Source of the DNA: Lytechinus pictus
Lineage: Eukaryota
Direction: 5' to 3'
DNA: 64,000 nt
Assembly (NCBI RefSeq): GCF_037042905.1
Contig: NC_087250.1
Coordinates: 25,174,001-25,238,000, forward strand
Shown here: positions 38,071 through 48,000 of the stretch, in pieces
How the letters are laid out: each line of letters starts with the position of its first letter
How positions within the stretch are numbered: the stretch's first letter is position 1
Made by a program: the position numbers and the translations under genes
Notes under the pieces: generated by a model
The model's database searches: none
Told to the model about the DNA's origin: nothing
The model's input: the letters and a program-made list of their open reading frames with translations, nothing else

Positions 38071-40926
38071 TTTTAAGAGCAGGAGCATTATGGTGATTCT
38101 AGTCTTAGATGATTGAAAAGTACATCTAACATGTACATGTAGTTTGAAAACTATTCTCAAATTATAAAGGGTTTTCAAACAAAACATGATCTAAGTTTCT
38201 GTACATATACATGTATCTTGAAATAAGTGCTTACATTATCCTCTAGTTTCAATATTCTATCAGATTTTTCAAAGATATGTTTTGTGGATTACATATATTG
38301 TGATTGGAATTAATTTTAATCTGGATGTCCAACTGTTATTGCCTCAATGTGAACAGAGCTTGTTTGGTCAGTGAATGGACAGGTCAATTAGTCTGTTATT
38401 GTGACGAGTTCATACGCAAACCACCCTGGGATCCTCGAGACCAGCTGCCAGGGTCATACGTTAGATCAATCCCAATATAGAATTCTGGCTGGGAAGCCTC
38501 GTCTCGTCAACATCCTAACTTCATCATCCCCCCCCCCTTCCCCCACCTCAGGGTGCCCAAACCCTTCAGAATATTCCATCCCGCTTTGATATTTGACCAT
38601 TACCGGAACATAAGCATGCATGGAGAGTAGAGAAAACAATGATGGGTAAATTCCAGGACATTTAAACAGGGGTTCATCCCGCAAGGTTGTTTGGAGCGGC
38701 GGCGTATGCGACGCTTCATTGTGTCAAAAAGAAAGTTTCCTGTGTAGATATTATTAACCACAGGAGTGTTCTACCCCATGCCTGACCATTTCTCACACAT
38801 AGCATATAAATGTCACTCTACTGCATTAACATTATGTGCCGGATGACGTATAGGGGAAGTAACTCCCACTGTGGTCGTGGCGTGTGCAACGCATCTTTTG
38901 TGAAGAATGCTCCTGATCGTCCTGATTAACCCAAAGAAATTTTTTGCACCCAAACCTTTGATTTATCGCTCCCCTCCCGGAGTACCTCCTCTCCTCGGTG
39001 AGAGGTGCGCCGAGGGGGTCGCTGGCTACCGGTGGTTTCATGAATCGCGCTGCCCTCGCGGTCTGATGCAGGGACAGTCACTAGATCGCCCCGTGGCTGC
39101 GGGGTTCCGAGCCTTCGTGTGACCTCTGACTCTGCCTAGGCACTGGGCAGGCGGGGGGTGCGCAGCCGTGATCTCGAGGTGGAGATGAGTGCCGTGTGCA
39201 AAATATAGGTGAAGATGTCTGGTTTTGCTGCCCTCGTTGTTTGCCTGCTTACGTGCAACATATATTTTAAATGTCTGGAAGAAGGAGAAGAAAGGCTCTT
39301 GGCTAGAGGCTTTTTTTCCCTCTCTTTATACAGTATACCCATACAAGGCACATATACACCTCTGCTAGACGCCGTGTCAACATCATTTATGCACACGTTT
39401 GTTGCAACGCATCTCTATCAAGATTTCCTATGCAATAGTTCATCATCTACTATAGATAAGAGTGATATAGACACACACTAATCTTTATACTCACATCGCA
39501 CATAATTAGCCAGATGAAATCATACAAGTGGTTATTAGGAAGATGGAAAAGATTGAATGAGATGAGGACAAATCTGTTAATATTAACTTTTGAATGGCTT
39601 CTCAGGGTATTGGCCTGTCCTCTCTGTATTGAAGCTGCAGGTCTTAGATTCAAACCGTGTGTATGCCCATCAGCTTTAATCCTTTGTATATCCTTTGCAA
39701 AGTCTGTATAAATGCCACTCTTGAGAAAGGATACATGCATATTTACAAATTTGCTTTTAATGGCTAGCATAGATAATCAGTAGGCCTTTTAATTTCCATT
39801 ATCTGCAACATCCATTTAGATTTTGTCAGAGGTTGAATGGTTAGCGCCCTCTCTTGTTTGGAAGCGTCATTGATGTCTTAAGTATGTTCTAGATCATGGA
39901 TAACTATTGACATATTTTGCTTTGATCATCATGTGATATATTCATTGCTGAAACCTACCAGCTTTTGTTTGCCCAAGGTTGGACTGGCACAGCACCTTAC
40001 CATGGCATTTTAGCATGCAGTTTTGATAAAGATAAGAATTTTATTTACCTCTTCAGGGTTGTATGAAAACAACTCTGCTCAAAACCAAACTGACATTCTC
40101 GTGACCATTGTTAATAACCTCATCACTGGGTGATTAACATCACATTAATGATTACATTGATAACTAGATTCACCTAAATATAGATGTGCTCCAATAAATA
40201 ATTGCCACTTTCGCATACATACATATTTATCTTGTGGCAGCTAGTCATAAAATGTTTTTCAAAAATGATCCTTTACCGATATGAAGATGATGATGCCCGA
40301 GTTTCAATGTGATATGAGTGCTGCATATCAAAGTGGCCATTATTTTTTTTTATTTAATAAGTATTATCATCATGCCATCATCAATTCATCATTCTGTTGT
40401 TATTAAACATTATTAGGGCAGAGTCAAAAATATTTAACGCCGTTCAAACGATTGTTCAAAGCGTTTTTCTATTTTGACACCTGTTTGGATGTATGAAAAA
40501 AAAAATCTTTCCCCCAAAGTTGCTGAAATTTCACATTTCACTTTTTTTAATCCATGAAATACCCTTCTATTTTCCTCATTTCCTTGTAATTGTTCATATT
40601 TATTTGGAAATTATCAAGAAAATAAAGAATATTCTCTTTCGTGACTGTAGAAGATAATTTTCAGTTGCTGTCACACTTGATCTACCTCCATGAGATTATG
40701 TATGTGAGACTACAATGGCCTCGGATGCCCTATATTGATTGGCCTTGATGGCCGTGCATGTATTTTGTGCCCCTTTTTTATTTATGTTGTATTGTGGAAA
40801 GTGGATAAATGTGCCCCTGAAAAAAAACTGGCCTTGACCCTAACATTTTTAAAATTGATAACAGAAATCTTTGCTCCTGTTTTTTATTTATTCCCCCTCT
40901 TTCTCTCTTTTTGAACTTTGAGCCAG

Positions 40927-41148
40927 GTCGGGGGCAGAGGAGGAAAGAGCCGGCTCACGTTGGGTATGTCCGCCGCTGCCGAGTTCCGGAACCACTTGAC
41001 GGACTTCAGCGAGCATTACGCACAGCTTGGGCCCGCCAGCCACGATAACCCGCCAGACGACGGACGACTGAAAAGTGAAGTGATCGTTAAAGAGAACAGA
41101 CGGTATTACCTTGACCTCAAAGAAAACTCACGAGGGCGCTTTTTAAAA
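40927..41148 (+). CDS. PURA: Pur family coding exon B (end of repeat I, start of repeat II)
   Basis: Encodes [36 protein letters not shown]...[27 protein letters not shown]. Polypyrimidine tract plus ccag| acceptor, AAA|gtaagc donor, 222 nt, phase 0-0. Confidence 0.96.
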
Positions 41149-42267
41149 GTAAGCAATATTTGGGTAAATAGTCACACCAACGAAACCAACTCCAGACCGA
41201 TCAAAGCTTTTACTTCATTTCAAATGGCGTATCATCGGACAGTTCTGTGTTGGTGTTATTGGTGTGGCTCTGGTAGTAGAATCCAGTCGAAGCACTTGTA
41301 TTTTAAGTAGATTCGTGTATACAAATAATGTTGCTTTATAGGGAAGGCGTAGTAAGAATTACACACACACACATGGTACCTTTGAAACCAGGGTGAAAAT
41401 ACACAGGAGCTTGGGGAAATTTCGCCAGTAAAATGCTCAGAAAGCTCCTGGAATATCCCTTATACACTGTTATGTTTTAAGATTAATGTTGAAGATATAC
41501 GTGCACTGTATGTAGTAGATATGAAAAGAAGCCCCCCAAAAATTATTCTTTAAAAAGTTGCCTGTTTGGAGCAGTTCTTCCATGTAAAGCCGAGAGTGGT
41601 TTGATTTATTATAGTCGTATCATTTTGTGAAATCTGACCATATCCCTCACAGTTTTGGTCATCACAGATGGTTCTTACGTATAAACACAATAATTTGTTG
41701 TAATGATATTCAGTGTTATCCCTTTGATTGTTCGGTTCATGGCAGTGTTACATGATAGAAGCGATCAATTGTATAAAGTGTAACTCTAAAGGCCACCGCA
41801 CACCTTACGACCCGACTGGTCTGCGACTGAGTGAGGGGAGATGAATCGCAAGGTGGTCATAAGCCTCGATACCACACACCTTGAGATCCGACTACCATGC
41901 TGTCTGTGACTCACGCATGCGCCTTTTGTTTTTTGCCACAGCAATTGAGAAAATGACGCTTACTACTGCGTATGCACGTTGCATATCATGCACGCATTGC
42001 AACTCTGCTGTCTGATTGGCTGGAAGATGGATTGAGTTTGCGATCCAGTTGTAAAGATTCGACATGTCAAATCTCTGACCGGTCTGCGACTATCAAGCTG
42101 ACAAGAGCTGTGACATCACATCTCCCCTCACTTTCCTTTTAGAGGTGTGTTCCTTGTAGTTGATGTCCATAAAACCATGAATCATCTTGAACAAGCAGGT
42201 GATTTTAATAGGAACTCTGCCTTTCAATTGTAATAATTAATCGTATCTCTTTCTGTTATACCTCTAG

Positions 42268-42388
42268 GTGTCACAAACAGTGAACAGAGGAGGTCCCAGA
42301 ACACAGATCGCCGTGCCTGCCCAGGGTCTTGTTGAATTCAAAAACGCCCTCACAGAGTTACTAGATGAATTTGGAGTGGATAGCACAG
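42268..42388 (+). CDS. PURA: Pur family coding exon C (end of repeat II); absent from the ORF track
   Basis: Manual translation [40 protein letters not shown]. Acceptor ctctag|, donor CAG|gtaaaa, phase 0-1. Confidence 0.95.
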
Positions 42389-43058
42389 GTAAAATTGGAA
42401 TGAGTTGAATTTCAAAATTGGAAATTATCTGAATGGACTTGTTACAACATGTGACGTAATTGATTGACTGTTAATGCTCAGGGATTTTGAAATTTTGAAA
42501 ATAGTCTCACAGATTTCTTAAAAATGACCTTAGTGGAAAATCAATTTTCCTCCGGGTTCAAGGTTTTTTAGAAGAAAAAAAAAATCACAGAATCAAATTA
42601 GGATAGAGAGTAAAGATATATTGGAAAAAGTTACAATCCAAAATTGGAAATTGAAACTTGGAAAAGAAAGCACAGGGTAATCGACATTTTCTCCTGTTTG
42701 AGATATTGGAAGCCAGGGGAAATAATATGCAGCAATTAGAAACATTTGTATTTAGTGCTGTGAAGATGTTTTTAATTTACTTTAATAATTGTGATGTATC
42801 TACTTTTGCAAGTTTATGTTTCATGAAATGCCCTCGAATATAGTACTCGAATTTTTGCACAATAGCGCCATCTCCCGGTGAACTATAGACCACGCACTTC
42901 CGTTTGTACCAACCCCAAGCTAGCAAGCGTGCTAAACGTCCTCTTTGTTTTTTCGCCCCTCGTGTTGTATTTTGTTATCGTTGTTCACAAATTTACTTCT
43001 ATTTTTGTAAATTTTTGTGAAGCTTTAATCTTCTTATTTACATTGCTTTTATTTACAG

Positions 43059-43174
43059 AGGAAGGTCAAGGAAACGTCCCAGAGAGTAGATCATTTAGGG
43101 TTGAAAATAAAAATTTCTACTTTGACATCGGACAGAACTTCCGTGGAGTTTACATGAGAATCAGTGAAGTACAG
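43059..43174 (+). CDS. PURA: Pur family coding exon D (repeat III)
   Basis: Encodes (E)[38 protein letters not shown]. Acceptor ttacag| in phase 1 matches exon C; donor CAG|gttaga in phase 0. Confidence 0.93.
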
Positions 43175-43241
43175 GTTAGACACCAATTAGATACTATGTA
43201 TGGTCTCTCATTAACTAAGTGCTATAAGTAGCTAGTCTCAA

Positions 43242-43451
43242 AGGGATGGTCCGGGCTGAAAGTATTTATAGCATCATCATCAGCCCACCTAATGAATATT
43301 CATGATGACTTTTTTCACAAAATATTGCTAAACTGTAAACTTCAATAACTTTATTATTTGTTATCCGATTTTGATGAAATTTTCAGCATTTTGCTCAGTG
43401 AATTCTACTCTTTGTATTAAGATATAAATATTTTCAGCCCAGACCATACCT
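43242..43451. mobile_element. Internally deleted MITE family B copy
   Basis: Same TIRs as 14421-14984. Confidence 0.85.
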
Positions 43452-43750
43452 TTAATGGGGAAGTGAACTGACAGATACTATGTGTGTTCTCTCATTGACT
43501 AAGTGCTTATAAGTAGCTAGTCTTAAAATATACCTTTTTTTGACAAATATTTATATGTATAAATGTGTAGTGTGGTTGGTCAATAGTGTTGGGTTTGGCT
43601 GGGATGTTGCCCCGCCTTCATGGAAAGACCCAAATGTACATTGTATCTTGATTGTACTCATATTATTATTTTATCATGGAAAGACCCAAATGGACATTGT
43701 ATCTAGATTGTACTCAAATAGTATTATTTGTATCTTGTGTATATTTTTAA

Positions 43751-44159
43751 GGCGACCGCACACCTTACGATTGGTCTGCGACTCAATTTTGGAATAAAAC
43801 GTAGTAGAATTTGATGCTAATATTGAGACTTGGAATATACTGTGTAATGTTCAAAATCATTGTACGAATACCTATGTTCAAATCTGACAATGCTATCATC
43901 CTTCTTAGAATAAAAGCAAATTTAATATCTAGTCGTAATGACGTCATAGCAGTCGTACGATTGGTTACGATTTGAAACTAATTTGGCCTTTACTCCAAAA
44001 TAAAGGCTTGCAATCTTTCAAAGTGGTTATATTCGTATTCTTTCAATTAATTTTAACCTCAAATAAAATGATATGTTCCATTCACATTTTCAGAAAATGA
44101 GCAAAATGCGATTTGTTCCAAAATCGGATCGCGAATCGGTCTTAAGGTGTGCGGTGGCC
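43751..44159. mobile_element. Non-autonomous element, PIF/Harbinger-like
   Basis: ggcgaccgcacacctta / taaggtgtgcggtggcc; a related left end occurs at 41791. Confidence 0.75.
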
Positions 44160-44354
44160 TTTATGCTTGTGCATGTATGTGATTGTGCTTTTTAAAGAAG
44201 TGGAAAAAGAAGCTATTATTTTTATTTTTACTATTATTATTATTAGATCTGATCATTTTAACTAACGAAATCTATCATTGTCATAATTCTTTATATAGGA
44301 AAGGTTCATAACCTCCTCATCGTACTCAACATCATCGTCAGCTATAATCTCCCT

Positions 44355-44710
44355 CATCATTCATCCTCCTTAATTATCATTATCACTTTTATCATCATTA
44401 CCATCATCATCATCACCATCAACATTACCACTGTCATCATCATAAGCATCATCACCATGATCATCACCATGATCATCACCATCGTCATCACCACTATCAA
44501 CATCATTATCATCATCATTGACATCAACACCATTGTCGTCATCATGAACATCATCATTATTATCATCAATGTCATCATCATCATCATCATCATCACCATA
44601 ACCAACATCACCACTATCTATATTCTCATGAACATCATCAATGTCATCATCATCACCACCATAACCAACATCACCACTGTCTTCCATCATTCCCATGAAC
44701 ATCATGATCA
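44355..44710 (+). repeat. (CAT)n microsatellite
   Basis: Direct reading of the sequence. Confidence 0.95.
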
Positions 44711-44870
44711 CGAAAATGATCTCTTAGTTCATACAACCTTTTGTGATTGATTTGACTTGTACCTTTGAAAGTTTTTTTAACAGATAAATGATTGATGCTA
44801 TACAAATGCTGTTCATCATCATCACCACCTCTCATCCTCTTTTTCTCCTCTTTTATACCCTCCATCCCAG

Positions 44871-45011
44871 CCTCGAAATCAATTCCGCACATCCGTCACG
44901 ATTCCGGAGCGATCCTGGGCCCGTTTCCGAGACATCTTCACAGAGTACGTCGACAGGATGAAAGAGATTAGAGCACCCGAAGGAGGAGGTCAAGGGGACG
45001 AGGGAGATTAG
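44871..45011 (+). CDS. PURA: Pur family terminal coding exon E with stop; absent from the ORF track
   Basis: Manual translation PRNQFRTSVTIPERSWARFRDIFTEYVDRMKEIRAPEGGGQGDEGD* (TAG 45009-45011). Pyrimidine tract plus cccag| acceptor. Confidence 0.94.
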   Translation, partial: PRNQFRTSVTIPERSWARFRDIFTEYVDRMKEIRAPEGGGQGDEGD

Positions 45012-48000
45012 GATAATCCAACACTCACCTTAATCCCCTCAGAATCCTCATCCCCTCAACAGAAGAAAAAAAAGAAAAAAAAAGAAACAGACTCTATACC
45101 CTCTGCCTCAAGAAGACTGGAAAATGACGAAAAAAAGGAGAAAAAAATGGAGACAAGAATTCTTTGACAGATGATTATTACATAACAGTGTGTGTATTCA
45201 TGGCTTGGGAAAAAACAACAACAACAACATGAGATGGATATATGTGTGGGAGAGACAGTTGTGATATATAAAAAAAAATAATAATTTATATAAATCTAAA
45301 GATTTTATCATATTGAAATGGATTTTTTGTATCAATGAAATTGAGGAATGATTTTTTTTTTGCAAGTGTGTTGGTTCAATAGAGAAGGTATTGAAACAAT
45401 GTATTTGTTACAATAAACCACAAAAAAATTGAAAAAGTTAAGTTTATGAATTCCAAATATGTGTATGCGGACACAGCTAAAGGTTCTTTTTTGTTTTGTT
45501 TTGTGAACACATCGCCATGACAATAATTGTAAGTCTCGGTAGGTGAGAAAAGGATCCATAAAACTAAATTTTGAGCCAATTGTCCAGAAAAATATTAATC
45601 ATATTTACTCATGATTTGGATATCACTGCTCACATTAAAAAAAAATCTAACTTGACTCTCCCAAACTGATTGCCCACTTGAAAATTTAGTAAAGTGAAAT
45701 GGGTCTTTGTTAGAGTTTACCTCTGAACCAAACACAAAATGTTTCAAATTCATGCCCGCTAATAGAAAAAAAATCACGATTGATATCAATTGTATGACAC
45801 AATATGCTTGCGTGATAAAAACTGAGCAAAGAAGCTGAAAGAAATAGGTTTTCAGCAATGCTTTTGTAATAATTTGATTTTAACCATGTATAAGAAAATG
45901 TTTTAAGGTATTGGAGTTAATTTGCAGAGGTACAATGAGCCATTTGAAAAGAAAATAAATAACAGGACAAGGGGGGGGGGGCGGTTCAAGGCTTGAAAGG
46001 GCACAACGTGACAAGGATTCAATTGCACCGACCTAGGACAGAAAAAACTGACCGTGGGATAAAACTGGCATCCGGATTGTTCATGCTGCCACGCAGGATG
46101 GGGATACATTGAAGGAGGGGATGGATTACAGGTGGAGGACAGAATTGCCCACGACACGGATATACGGATGGTGAGACCGCTTCAGACGGAGTTCCTTTTT
46201 ACGGAAAAATGTGTAGAGTTTACAGCCTGTGTGATTGCATATAACAAAATAGAGCTATTTAATAATTTGATGAAAAAAGAGGAACGATGTAAAAAAGAAT
46301 GAGAGAGACATTTGTACATGTGTTTATGATAGAGAGCCTTTTCTAACATCAGAATTTTGAGTTTTCTTTTCTCTATTTTTCTGGATATCTGGTTCCTGTT
46401 TCTCTTTTATAGTGACTGAATCAGACTTGATTACTTTTTATAACAGGGGCAAGCGTACTATTGAATTAATGTAAATTTAGTGCAGGGGCCTGTTTCACAA
46501 AACTTGTTATGATAACAAGTTTGTAATAACAGTTAAAAGCTACTGAATTCCTTCATTCTGATTGTAAACTTGTTACAGAGATTGTGCATTTGTTATTATA
46601 ACAAGTCTGTATGAAACAGTATTGTGATCTGTTCCGGCTTGTTCATACAATCTTCCTTGCCTATATGTGGTATTCAATACCTGTCAGCTTTGTCTAAAAG
46701 GCATCAATTTTGTGATTTTTTACTTTCAATTAAGTGAAGGAGGTGAATACTTCATCAGTCTTCTGTACAATTCACATTGGATCACAGAATTAGGAAATAT
46801 GAAAATAATTTTTAAAAATCAGGAAAAGAAATGAAATCATTTGAAATTGTTCACTATTACTCCATGCAATTACTCACGGGTCAACAACTTATTTCAATCT
46901 TACGCTTGCCCCTTGACAAGCATGTATAAAATTGCCAGAAATGTTTGACAAATCTCGGCCTTCACAGTGTAGAGAGAGAGAAAAAAATTCTGAGATAAAT
47001 AAATCTTAAGAGAGTTATATTTACATTTTTCACTTGTGTCAAGCTTATATATATATGAATATTTGATATTTTGTCTTATTTTTTTTCTCTGTTAAACATA
47101 GAATTCTGCACATTTCTTTTTAATCCTGTCTACAGGAGCCCCCTGTATTCGGGAGATGCCTCATAGAGTTATTTATATAATCATAGAGAGTGCTTTTTGT
47201 GTTGTGATGACCAACAAGGTGTTCCAAACCATTGAGAGGAAGAGAGAAATATATCTCCCGATCTAATGTATAGTGTTGGTTTGTTTAGCTAGCGAGTTCA
47301 CCGTTGCCCCCACGTAGCCCTATAAACGTATGGATTAGATCTGTAGTGGTATATATAGAGAAAGAAATTGGCAGCCATTTTGCTCCTCCTTCCTTATTGT
47401 TTTGCAATTACAGTGTAAGCGGTGAGGGCCACTGGCAGCCATTTTGGTACACCCATCTTCATTGACTTGAATTAATGTTTATTTACAGCCATTGTCGACC
47501 CTAATGATTCTTACTCATGCTTCATATCAGTCTTTTCAGCTTTTTATAGAGAAGAATGAATTCCACTAACTTTTATTCTTGGTGGCCCTATCAGTCCATC
47601 AAAATCATCAATTTTATTTTTTTGCTGGCCTGAAAAGCAAATTTGGTGGCCCTAAAAAAGTAGAAGACATTACAATTTATCAAAACTTTGGTAGCCCGAC
47701 CGGGACACCAAGTGTGGTCTTTTGCAGAATTTTGTTGGCCTGACTCTCATTTTTGGTTGCCCCGGGCCACTGCTAATGTTGAGCCTGCTTTACAAGACTC
47801 TGTACATGCATCTAAACAAAGCATATTCTTATTGATGCCCGTAATATTGTGATTAAAACTTATTTAAAGCCAATCCATATAAGAGAAATATCAGTGAGAA
47901 AATTCTTGTCAAAAGCAGTAATTTAAAAGGGCTTGTATTTTCAAACCAAGCTCATTCATCTTGTTTAATCTTTGGATTATGAAGTCATAGATGTGAATGG

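Larger units (their letters stand above)
22983..40319 (+). other. Giant intronic fold-back structure H3 (intron between exons A and B)
   Basis: More than 25 nested reverse-complementary segments; coordinates are listed in findings. Confidence 0.75.

Noticed and set aside
38820..39250. Telomerase RNA, 7SK or hammerhead/HDV ribozyme
   Set aside because: No TAACCCTAA template (only ttaacccaaa), no 7SK termini and no complete ribozyme core recognised.
22932..40382. Extra complementary matches that cross the nested order (e.g. 22932-39/40301-08, 30384-90/39527-33)
   Set aside because: Out of register with the rod, so treated as chance; they show that individual short helices are not evidence on their own.
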